Assembly (NCBI GenBank): GCA_048013815.1
Contig: CM106586.1
Coordinates: 18,662,001-18,726,000, forward strand
Length of the DNA: 64,000 bases
Source: Setoptus koraiensis
Lineage: Eukaryota; Animalia; Arthropoda
Direction: 5' to 3'
Of the stretch, positions 22,423 through 34,029 are shown in pieces. The translations under genes and the position numbers were made by a program. The stretch's first letter is position 1; each line of letters opens with the position of its first letter. Below the pieces are notes generated by a model. It was not told the DNA's origin. It worked only from the letters and a program-made list of their open reading frames with translations, and made no database searches.

Positions 22423-22728
22423 TTACGTTCGTTCAGAGATCGCCTTGCTGGTCCAATAAATTTCAGCAGTCGGAAGATTCCCGCTGGGGAAATTCATTGA
22501 GGTGTGATAAATTGAATGATCCAGATACAGTTTCCATAAATCCAAGTGATTTTTGTTGATGATTCTTCTTACAGTGTCTCCAATATAGTCTAATTGTCCT
22601 TTCGGTGTCAATTTCAGTTCCAACTGACAGCGGTTGCACAATCGCGAATTACAGCCATCCCCTAAAAGGACTTCTATGTCTATGAATTCTGACTTGTTGA
22701 GTGGCAAATAGAGAATCATCTCTTGCAT
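22423..22728 (-). CDS. Hypothetical 101-aa ORF, unrecognised
   Basis: ATG-initiated with globular-protein-like composition, next to the duplicated cluster. No homology recognised. Confidence 0.25.
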   Translation of the reverse strand: MQEMILYLPLNKSEFIDIEVLLGDGCNSRLCNRCQLELKLTPKGQLDYIGDTVRRIINKNHLDLWKLYLDHSIYHTSMNFPSGNLPTAEIYWTSKAISERT

Positions 22729-24403
22729 GGGCTCGTCCTACACGCCTAGATTGCGAGCCAGATAGCAAAGAACGAAAGCGACCGTAGTCGGGGTGGCCAG
22801 ATCAATGAGCACGTGTTTTGGCGATGCCCCCATAACAAATTGATCATGACAATGAGTTTTCTATTTTGATGGTACTGTTTTTTGCTCTTAGCATCCACAG
22901 TTGTCCTGAACACCAGATAAAAACGTGATCAAGATGGATTGATGGAATACAATTTTCATTGAGCTTGTTAGGCATGTATCACGGTTAGATAATATTAACC
23001 ACTATTAAGATCAATATCATGTTTGTAGGGAGATATACTGTGAAACTTATCGTTGCCTAAGGACAGCGCCCACCGGGACCCCAGTGAAACACTGTCTTTC
23101 TTCAGTCACTGCTGGTCCCTAAATAGCGGTCATTGATAGGCTATTATATGATAATATCTGATTAACATTAGCGCGCTCAGAGGTAATGTGCGTCGCAATC
23201 AGCATAAGTAGTCATGTCGTATCCGGGACGAAGCTTGCCAAAACAAACCTGACATGGCTGTATCACTGCTATTCATAACTGTGTGATCAGTGATTCCTCT
23301 CGCTGATCTTGATATAGTTTACTTGTCTCCGCAAAGCAATCGGAATGCATTCTGGCTGCAGTTTATTTATGTGTATGGATGATAATTATCATTGACATCA
23401 GCGCCAGATAGACAAAATCAAGTGAAGCACAAGCCAGGGCAGTCCAGCAGTCGATGAATCGAAGCTCGATAGAACTTTCCCTTGAAATCACAGCGAGCTT
23501 GCCAGTGGTTATCTTGTCATATTCGCGACATTATACCAGCGCCTCTGTTACTCTGAAAGGGATTTGATTAGAATAAACATTCTTTCGCTCTATATCTGTT
23601 TGTCTCTCTGTCTATCTCTTCTCGACTGTCTGCTTACTAGCCTGCTGTTTATGACATTGCTCGGTTGCGCTAGGATCATTAGCAACTGCAAGTTTCGTAA
23701 TAGTTTCGATTAGATAATTTGCATAATGAATATGGTATGTAACACTGTAACACATCCATCTCTTACGCTCAACTGAATACAAGAATACTGAAACTGTCTA
23801 AGTTATCTGACAATATCTGCCAGCCTATTTTTGCCAAGTGCAATTGCATATATATTAATGTTTATTGTGTATTTATGTGTGAGATAAAAATAAACAAAGT
23901 ATCGATATGACATTATTCTAACTGGCGAATGGCGGCAACAGAGATAGCGGTTGTGTTCGTGCCAGCACCAAGGTTTAATCGGGGCACAAATAAGTAAGAG
24001 ATGCAGCTGGATGGATTGAATCATTGTGTTTTCGTTTATTAGAATTGCATCATCACATAAGTGACTTTTTGTTTTGATTTACATTGACTGAATTTACAGT
24101 TAAAGTGCGTTCTTTTGATGTGCAGTATACTGCAGTATACGTTGAAACGGACTGACAATGTGTCACATGTTATGATATTGTTGTTAGCCAAATTATAATA
24201 TGTTTATCTATCTTAAAAATCTTGCGCTACATTATATGGTTATCGTTGGTCAAGTTTTGAGGTTGGTTTGTTGTAATATTGTTTTCATATTCATTATATT
24301 TATTATTATTTTGTTTTAATTTATATTGAGACGACGTTCGCTTACGTGGATAGTGTAGATTTCATGTTTTGGCGGAATCAGTTGTTACTATAAAGTATGA
24401 CCA

Positions 24404-25847
24404 CTATAGTTCACATTCATGTTGGCTGGCGACAACCTTCGGACATGGTGCCACTGAGTAGCGCGAAGAAGTTGGGCGGTCTCGTTTATTATTTAATATA
24501 TTGCCCCGAACAAATAGATCTGTAAAAGTCTCACGAAAACTACTAGACATACTACAATATATACTGAAATTAACTGGATAGCTCAATAATATTAGAAAAT
24601 TTGAACACAATTTCACATAAATCAATATCTGATAATCAATATCTTTAAACAGATCAAATGAATTCAGCAAAACATGAGCTATGGTGTTTACGGCAACAGG
24701 TATCTCGACTATTAAAAAAACCGTTACAACCACAATTAGCATCATAGTGGTCCTATTACTGTCTATTGTTCTGGGTTGGGCACCCAGTGGCACGGGCATA
24801 GAAGGCCGATGCTGTAAGGAAGCATGATATTCCGGTTGTTGTTGTTGTTGTGATTGGTTTTTGTTGCCTGTCACCTGTTTCGATCCTAATGAGCTTTCTT
24901 TTCTTTTTCTGCTATTACTTTTGTACCATTTGTTGTTGTTGCTGCTGTTTTCTGGCTTTTGATTTGATTGTTCGTGATTGTTGTTGTTTGCTTCCGATTG
25001 TGTTGCTGTTGCCTCAAGCTGATTAAATTGTAATTGTTTGGTCACAATTGATTGCGAACGTTTGCTATTATTATTATTGTTTGTGCAATCTGATGGCGTT
25101 GTTTCTATAGCACAACCACTGGCACTCAATGGATCACAATCGACAATTTGTAGATGTACATCGTTGCTTGTTGTTCCACCGCTACTGCTATTGACCAATT
25201 GCGGATTCACCAAGCAACTACTATTTTCGCATAATGATCTATTAGATATATCATACTCACTTGATTCGTCTTGATGATCGATGGCGCCGCCAATGGAATG
25301 GACCTCATTATTACATTGTTGATTATTGATGGTTGTTATGGGCGTTTGTGGTCGTTGTGGTTGTAGTTGTTGCTGCTGTTGCTGCTGCTGATTTAGGCTG
25401 GCCTTGGTCGCCTTGCCATTGTGACTAATGTTGGTTATGCTGATGTTAGTTGTGTTGATGTTGTTGTTTGTGGTTGTATTGGTCAGAGTTGAGCCAATAG
25501 TGGACGATGATTGTTGTCCATAATTGAGCTTTGATCTGAATAATTCAAAGCGTTTATTTTCCGCTTCTCTCAATGCTTTGAACAATAGACAATTGAGCGT
25601 TATCAATGCGGTGCAAGGTCCAATATTTACAAATAATATCCTGAAACCAAAATAGGTTGTATAATAGATGCTGGCATCCAAAGAGTTTACCCAATCGCTT
25701 ATTTCGTGCCTGCAAGCCGCCTGTACTCTTCCTTCGTGATACAGGCGCACTGTGTTGAATGTGGAATCGAAAAATCTTAGAAATTGATGAAGAAACGCCA
25801 ATATCAGTATGGTGAGAATGGCCCTCTTGACGCGCGGCACAGTACAC
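24404..25847 (-). CDS. SPR: Sex peptide / myoinhibitory peptide receptor-like GPCR, last coding exon (TM4-TM7)
   Basis: WCTVPRVK..LHQFLRFFD, YFGFRILFVNIGPC.ALI.LNCLLFKAL, TTMMLIVVVTVFLIVEIP and SYPVNFSIYCSMSSSFRETF match the SPR/MIP-R family. Acceptor CAG|G completes the Trp codon TG|G. The upstream intron 25848-25997 is 150 nt. Confidence 0.92.
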
Positions 25848-25997
25848 CTGATTGTTTGAAAATAATAAGATAATCAGGTGAGATCAAGTTTCAATGGGAA
25901 TGACAAGGTTGTTGTGGTTATTAGAGCGGATATGAAATTAAATTGTTGTTAATTTAATTAAGATCAAATTAAGATTGTCGCCGGAAGTGTCACTCAC

Positions 25998-26394
25998 CAG
26001 GTGCTGGCCAGAGACGGATGGCATACGTAAATGTAACGCTGGCCGGCCAGTAGTACGGCCAACCATATACTGGCCGTATGGAAGAATACAGGTAACACAT
26101 CTATCATAATGTGATGCAAATAACAAGAGCTAGTTGGATATAAAAAACTATCGTGATACTTTAGAGTATAGATTAGGATATACCAAGGCGACGGCGATAT
26201 TAATGTTAACAAATCTATAATGGCCATTGCAAATAGAACAATATTTGTTGGGGTGCGCATGTGACGTTGAAACAACACCAATACAACCAGTGTATTTGTC
26301 ACAAGGGTAATGAGCAACATTAAAGGCATTATGTAACCAAACATTATCGTGGCGAATTCTAACGGGTACTCCTTGGTAACGTTTACTATCATAT
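25998..26394 (-). CDS. SPR: SPR-like GPCR, internal exon (TM1-TM3)
   Basis: GYIMPLMLLITLVTNTLVVLVL..RHMRTPTN.VL, FFHTASIWL and the family-typical QRYIYVCH (in place of DRY). Acceptor AACAG|AT, donor TG|GTGAGT. Phases match both neighbouring exons. Confidence 0.93.
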
Positions 26395-27476
26395 CTGTTC
26401 TCATGTGAACGAGCACATTTATATAAAATATACATATTTATGTACATTTATATACATTTGTATGTGTGGTCAATTATAAATTGTCGTTAGCACAATTAGC
26501 GATAGCGCGTAATCGATTAGCGTCGTTGTTGTTGTCCAGTCCAAAGTGTCGTTTGTTGTGGTTCCATGTCATGACCATTTGTTAAATATGTTACATAAAT
26601 ATGGTATTGAGCGTTGGGAAAATAATTACGGTTCAATGTTAGCGGTTAGTTGACCAGAGTGATACTATGGCTGGGCCAGCGGATAATGACTTGCGTTAAT
26701 TTATGCACCCAGACTCAAATACTCATCAATCCGAGTAGTTATGAGCGATCATATGATGTAACATGCACTCATCGCCGGCCATGCAAATCGCCTAAAACGG
26801 ATATCTTGGATGAGTCATCTATAACTGTCCAATCGATGTTCCACAACAGACTCAAGCACATTGAGGCCGACCATTGAGTCGATAAACTGGTGCAAATGCA
26901 CTAATGATGCGCCAGCAACTGGCCCTCATCGTCTCATCGAGCTTCAATTCTGTCTCGGATAAGTGCTCATGTTATAACTCTGGGCACTATTTTCTTCAAT
27001 CCATGAACGTGCACCAACATTGAATTGAATTACTCGCGAGCGGGGGCCAAAATTGAAATCATTATCGCTGCCGGTGACGCAATAATGATAATTAATTGCA
27101 CCAGCCACCGCACTGGCAACATCGTTGCCGTCGTGACTTGTGCCATCAGCCATGTATGTATGGCTCGGAGAAAGAGATAAACACTTGCTTGTCGACTCGG
27201 GCATAAACTGACTCGCTGACGACCACTGTGCACTATTATCTCTAATCAACTAGTACGCTCGTCACTTATCTTCGTCAGATATCTAATGTGACAAATAGTG
27301 CATAAATTTGCTTCAGCTGACGCAACTGGCATGCCACGACATAATCTACCATAGAAACAAATGCAAGAAAATCATTTGGCCGATCATTCAGCTAGCTGAA
27401 TAGATTAATTATCTGGTTACTATGTTGCGAATGGAAGGACTGAACTATTTTTGTTGTTTTTCTCAGCTCTACTTAC

Positions 27477-27735
27477 CTTGTTCATCTTTGCTCAGATTGG
27501 CGTAGGCGTAGATCACATCGTCGGGATTATCGTTGCCTAGTGGCGTTGCCTCAGATAATAGAAACATTGTAGTTGAATTGTTTGATGCGGTTGTCGTGGT
27601 GGTTGAGTTGTTTGCTGTGGTTGTTGTTTGTGTTGTTGCTGTTGCCTCTGATGATTTATTATGTACAGATGACACGGGCAGCGCGGATAATGTTGGCTGG
27701 TTGGTGTTTAGTTGATTACCGTTGATTATTATCAT
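27477..27735 (-). CDS. SPR: SPR-like GPCR, probable first coding exon (Thr/Asn-rich extracellular N-terminus)
   Basis: The ORF ends at a strong donor CAA G|GTAAGT in phase 1, joining G+AT (Asp) with the exon starting at 26394. It is rich in N-x-S/T sequons (NKS, NST, NLS), as expected for a GPCR ectodomain. The start codon is uncertain (ATG 27735 is the first in frame). Confidence 0.7.
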
Positions 27736-30509
27736 TATCACCCGTTAAATAGGTCGCTGTTGTCGCTTCCGCTTTGTATAATAAAGATTCTAGCATTGTG
27801 TTGATACTGTTCGTGGTACTGTCTGAGTGATTCGAGTCGAGTCTGTCCTCCAATCTCGGACTTTCCTGCTCTCTTTTCTGAGCTGCAAATATTATCAGCA
27901 CTGCGCTTACTATTACCACACACCGGGCTAGATCACTCGATAGATACAATGAACGTGTTCATTTGTAAGGGCGTCCCCCAAAAATCTAGATGGCTGATAG
28001 ATGTTGCACTCAGGCCGACGAGCTGAGAATATGAACTGGCGTTGCTCAAATCGAATATCAAACTCGACAAATCACGCGATAATCAGTGTTAATTTTTTCA
28101 TTACATTTAGTGACTTAATCCTTTGTATTTATTTCTTATCATGCAAACAATTTATCTTATTAGATTATTGTAGTCAATATTTAGTCGATCGTTGCAAAAA
28201 CTGTCATTTGGACGCCAGAATTGAGGTTTAAAAAAGTCGATCACTCAAGCTCATGATTCAATCAAGAAAACTATCGCAAGAACTTCCGGTCAGTCAAGAG
28301 TTAATAGGCATGTGTGCAAACTGAATTGTCTATGACTGATAAATTGAAGCATATCATTAAACTTGAAGCATTTTGCAATCTTGTGAAATACTGTAGGAAA
28401 AAAATTGTGAAAACTCGGTGTGAATGCATTCAGCAGTTCAGCATACCTGATACCTGATTATCTATAGCCGTGTATATTATTGTGACTGACCCCCCATACA
28501 GAAACACACAATCATCGGATCCACGTTAGCGTATATGTGTTTCATTGTGTTATTTAAATGAGATGGCAAGTACGACGTGAGTTAATATTCTAATAAATTC
28601 AACTGTTTTCGTGAGTATTTGGCTCTTGTCTGTATGCTGATGTTATCACCAATCCTGATTCCTGTGCTAAATATTATTGTTGAAAATCCTCTGCGTTTGC
28701 TGAACTATTCATTTTAACTGTTGACAGTGAGCGAAACAAAGAGAGTGCAAATGGAAGGAACGGTCAATTTAAGGTCGAATTCAAACATTTTCTAATGTAC
28801 AGAGTAAATCTAATACAGGACAATCTACTGAATTGATTTGTGTCGTAAAAAAAAAGTCTCTGTCTCGCACGAGTTGTTTTTAACGCCGGTTCAAGTTACG
28901 TGTTGGATGCTTTTATTTTCTACGAATATTTCAGTCAGTATGCACGTTCCACGTCTGGATGAACATCATATCATTATCATCAATTAAATGCGCGTACGTG
29001 TCTAAACTTGACAAGCTCACACAAAGCCCAGTTGACAATTGTCATGTGATTATTCGGAACGAGTATTGCACATGTTTGACTAACACTCTAAGTGTTCAGG
29101 TATTCGGGTGCTTGAAGCAGCATCCAGAGAGTGTCCAAAAATAAATGATATAGGGCAGGAGAAAACTATTCCAAATTGAACAACACCTTCACTGTTTGCA
29201 AATAATCCAAAAGTGACAAAAGTCATCATTTCATTCAATGGCATTGATAGCCTAACATTAGATTGGACACGAAACAATCATATAGACTTTAGAAAGATAA
29301 TTTCGACAACTTTATGACGACATTAACTCTATTTATTGAGTTATAAATCATTTGTGGTGCTGGTCATAATAGTGATTACCAATAATACTAATAATCCGTT
29401 ATTAATGATCACTGGATTAGTGGCAGTCAATAAATGATCAAAAAACTAGTGGTGCAGAATCGTGGAAATAAAATTTAGTTTAGTTCGGGTCGGAAAGAAA
29501 AAAAGGAGAAAGAAAAGGATAAATGTATGAGTATGTCATAAAGACAAAAGATAAACGTGATACATTTGTCTATGAGAGTTAAATGGATCGTGATGATAAT
29601 TATATTTTAAAACAAATGACGATGTAATGTTTCCCTGCTATTTCCTGGAAATAAAAATCAATGCTCTCAATCGCAGCCTAGATCTTCTAAAAATCTCTTT
29701 ACCAAGTGAACAATTCGACTGAATATCCGTTGTCCCGTGATTCGAGACAATCGCTGTGATTCGTTTTTTTTGCAGACGCATGCGAAATTATTCCAAAATT
29801 TACCAAATAAGCATTCTAATGTACACGGATATATCCTAACAGATTGTACAGTTTGAATTTTGTGCGAAGTGGTAAATGAAGTAATTGACCCAGTGATGGG
29901 AATTGGTCTTGAGAAAATCACCGATTTGTAGGGTAGGGCAAATCGGTTGCGAGCCGAACTATTTCTAGCGAGTCATTCTTATCATAAGGATGATTTTGAG
30001 ACGTATTTGTAGTCACCGAAAAACCGAAATTCAACCTCATTTTTCCTCATAATCAGCCATTTTCACCAACTTGCACATAAGGACCGAAATCTGGGTGGTT
30101 TTCATGGAAAAGAGTAGAAATTTAGCCCAAATTATAAAGAAAAGCTGCCTTGTCGGGATTTCCGAGAGTCGGTTGCTGGGCAATTGATCACTGATCATTT
30201 GTGATATTTTTCGACTTCGGTCAGCCTAACAAAGTCGCGCTGATATTATGCTCTCCGTCGGAAAACACAACAAAACCATCGATTCGCGAAGCATCCTGTA
30301 CTCACTGTATATGGTGTTTCAACAGTATCGAGAGCCCAAAAAACCGAAAACACTGAAAAAATGCTATATTTCCTCCCATAAGAACCGATTTTGGTTGATG
30401 TTAGTGATCGATTTACCCTACCCTACTTATGTCACTTGCCGGTTCAGTAATGAAGGATTTTGTTCCCGATTTTTCTAATTGACCAAAAATTACTTCAACC
30501 TTCAAAGAT

Positions 30510-30746
30510 ATGGAACAATTACTAAATAATTACAGAATTATGGACGACCAATTAGCTTATCTGGATATTCTATCATTACAACCAGAGTTTTATATACAAG
30601 AAGTATGGTCATTTGTGCCTGCCGAAACGAATCAATCGCAAAATTCTCTATATCCCATGGTCGATCCTAATGAAGTTTGTCCAATGCAGCCAATTACAGA
30701 CGAGGTTTGTTCGCCAAAGGCGCGAGCTAGCTCCTCTAAAATGTAG
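30510..30746 (+). CDS. Hypothetical 78-aa ORF; the frame stays open for 41 codons after its TAG
   Basis: ATG-initiated with acidic, Q/P-rich composition. No homology recognised. Confidence 0.25.
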   Translation: MEQLLNNYRIMDDQLAYLDILSLQPEFYIQEVWSFVPAETNQSQNSLYPMVDPNEVCPMQPITDEVCSPKARASSSKM

Positions 30747-33575
30747 GTAAAGCATAGTGCTCTCCACTGTCAACAAAAACAGGGGATATCCAGCAGCAAA
30801 AAATTGACAGTTCGTGAGAGACAACTCGAACTTCCAAGACAAGAAGCTCATCAATTACAGTTGCGTGATTAGTAATCACGTAGTAAATCGGCGATTTGAA
30901 TTAACATAAGTTTTTTTATATGAACAATATCTAACTACAAATGCAGAGCAACCCACTTTGTTTTCCAATCTGCTGCTTCGATTCACAACAAACACTTAAA
31001 CACGACACAAAAGACGGGGTTCAGTTGATTATTGCCATCACGAGGTCTCCTGAATAAATTTTTATACATGCACTTTTTCGAGTGTTCAATTTCCGGCATC
31101 TTTAGACAGATAATTCAGGAAAACGAAATCTTTGTCTACTGTGCATCTACCTGAAAAACGTTTCTCAACGACAAAGGGCAACCTTTTTGGAGATGACCGA
31201 GGAACTTGACCACCAGATCGCTTGAATCGTCTAAGCTATCTATTTCGGAGTCAATCTGTCTGTGAGCATGCTGCTAGAAGTTCATGGTTCATTCATGAAT
31301 AATGATTAAAGAAAGTTCATGATTTATTCATTCCTGAATATGGTCACATACATTTTCCCGCAGTATAACAGGATAACATATTGGCAGAGGCAGCATTTCG
31401 ATCAGGTGATTTGCTGCTAGCTTCTATGGTAACTTTTTCACCGATCTGTCGAATATTATTATCATGAAAGACGTTATTATTGCAAACTAACACCGTCGGT
31501 GGTGTTCCGTAGACCTTTATTGATGCGATTGTAGTTTTATAGCTGCCCAAATACCAAAGACCACACGTCATGGATCTATTCCAATGGATTGAACGTCACC
31601 AGTAGACCGATGATGAAAGGGAAAAAGACAAACAAAGTTCTGGCTATCTTTTGTCTGGTTAGCGCAACCATTGTTTAGAGACTATCGCCGACTGAATGAA
31701 ACCCAGCGATTGCATTGTTCGTTGCCGATTGTTGTATGACATAGTGGGCGAGAACTAAAAAAATGACCATTGACGAATGTTCAGCGCAGTCATGAAATCA
31801 CTATTATTCATTTAATCTCTATAGAGGAAACGTTCATCCTTGAAGCTATCGACTAGATGGATAGACATCATTATTATGGTTTTGTCATTTGCGACGCTTA
31901 GTATAGTTCTCGCGATTGTTTGCGCGTTGTCACAGATCCTCCTCTATCGTATATTCTTTGAGATAATCAACTCTACTATTCTGGACAATTGTGCGCACAT
32001 TGATCTATGTTTGAAACAGTTAGCTTCGTAGGGTTTCGGTGTATGAAATGACATACAGAGAATCAGATAAGCAAACATCAACAATGGTACATAGCGACAA
32101 AACCTTTTCGCTCGACGTCATAAATGGGCCAAGTTCTTCACTGGAAAAGCTTATCTGTAGCGAATTGAATTTTTGTACAATGTATTCACTAAATTGCATT
32201 GCACTTTAAAAAAGCAAAATAAACGGTTATTTATAGAACGAAAAGCTTTTGGAATCCAGCTAAAAATTAATTGAATATGGCAGGCTACTTTTGTTTCGTG
32301 CCACCACTCAACTGTCTCGCCCCCTTCACGATACACAACAATATTTCGTCTGGAAAATTAAAAGTCGCCTGTCGGTTCCAGACGACGGCACGAGAAACAA
32401 GCGTGCGAAGTCAAAGTGGTTTCTTTCACTGCAGATTTTCTCGAAGGCTCCCATCAAGAGGCATCTTTTTTTTCCACGAGAAAGGGGACTTTTGGAACAA
32501 TTCGTGATGAGTTACTTCAACCATAAGTGGATGTGGCTAATATAAATTCTTTCTAATTCTTCATCTTGTTCCTCACTAATATGTTAAGATGTTATAATGT
32601 TATGACGAGGGCTTCTTATCGGTTATGCTATACAACATCTATCACTCGTAGCAAGCAAAACATGTACATTAATTTCAAGAAGATTACACTGAAGTAAGTA
32701 CCTGAGACATCACTTCACTTTAATATACATTGTTGCCAATATTGATCATGGCAAGCCGCTCTGACGTCACACTTAATGTCGCTACTTTCTGATTAAGTTA
32801 TGATGCGAGAGTTATGATGCAGCAGATTCGGGTAACGGTTTTCTTGTCGTACTTGAAAAAGGACGAAGAAACCCAGTTGAGTAACGCTTGAAACTGTCGA
32901 ACATCTTTTTATCTTGTTGCGTGAGACGATAATGGTGAAAGTTATGAGGCTTGATAAACAAGATCAAGCATCCAGAATGAAGCTGTGAGAGTAAGTAGCT
33001 AGTTGTATGATAAATGATTTTATTTAGAAGCCATGAGCTTCGACAGACCTATAGACGCAACTGTGTTTGCAATAAAAAACATTAGGAGAAAAATTTGGTC
33101 GTTGATGGTGGTTATCAGAGCGGAGCGTTCCGGAATATTCAAACAAATGTAAATGGCTCAGAGACTGGCTACTGAAGTTTGCGAAATCAATATTCACAAA
33201 GAATATTCCGGCCTCCGTTACGGGTTTCAAGCATTGGTATTTATGAGAGAAAAAGCAAGGCAAATATCTCAGAACGATGAGGCAAAAAAACGGTTCATCG
33301 TCATAACTTAATTCTGTCTAAGCAGGTTGTATGGGTCAGATATTTATTAGTGCCAGAGAGAAGAACTCGAAGACGAAAAAAATCTATCATCACCGGAAGT
33401 GAAATCTTTTTTTTTTGTCCAGTTCGAAGCTTTTTCGAAGTCAGTTGGATAAAATTCATTTTTTTCGGAGAGGCTTCTATTTGATGCCAGGAAGGCGTTG
33501 CCTCAGATGGAGCAGAGAAAAAAAAAGAACAAAAAAAAAACAGAACTTAATCGAAAATCTATCAAATGTTGATCG

Positions 33576-33636
33576 CGGGCTTGATCGCCCTCGGGGGCTT
33601 TCCGGTGATCAGGTTAACCTGATCCGAATCAGCCCG
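33576..33636. other. GC-rich multi-branch stem-loop containing an 18-bp perfect palindrome
   Basis: Palindrome GATCAGGTTAACCTGATC (33607-33624) and hairpin GCCC-TCGG-GGGC (33587-33598), closed by CGGGC-T-TGAT / ATCA-GCCCG with one bulged T. Confidence 0.6.
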
Positions 33637-33783
33637 GCCCGTTTCTGCAAATGGCTCAATATGGCCGACTGATTTCATCAATGATGCCGTGGCTAGTCTA
33701 GTTGACTTTCGATTGGTTGTTTGAATGGCTGCTGTCGATGAGTGGCTGAGAGAGAGAGAGCGGTAACAGCAGTAGAATAGATA

Positions 33784-34029
33784 ATGATGGCAACGATGCA
33801 ACATCACTCGACATACAAATTTATAAATTTTCCGGACTTGACAAGAGCAGCTCTGGATTCATCGGTGACCATAACGCCTCTCGCGCCTGAACCAGATGCC
33901 ATTGTCCAACTAGCCAAGGTTGCTACATGGAATGGGGCCATATATAACGCGAGCGGATATAAGCGAGTTAGAGCATTTGAAATTGATCCTGATGGTATCT
34001 GCATTCAAGCATTAATCTGCTCAATGTAG
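33784..34029 (+). CDS. Hypothetical 81-aa ORF
   Basis: ATG-initiated with non-repetitive composition, downstream of an ACCGGAAGT motif and the structured element. No homology recognised. Confidence 0.22.
   Translation: MMATMQHHSTYKFINFPDLTRAALDSSVTITPLAPEPDAIVQLAKVATWNGAIYNASGYKRVRAFEIDPDGICIQALICSM

Noticed and set aside
26944-27249. 101-aa same-strand ORF inside GPCR intron 1 as a cassette exon
   Set aside because: Only weak phase-compatible splice sites (TCAG acceptor, GTGCAC donor), and the direct 27477-26394 join is already in frame.
33540-33670. 5S rRNA resemblance on the - strand (CGGCCATA, GATCACCG)
   Set aside because: Spacing is wrong, and the internal box A/C and the 3' half of 5S are absent.
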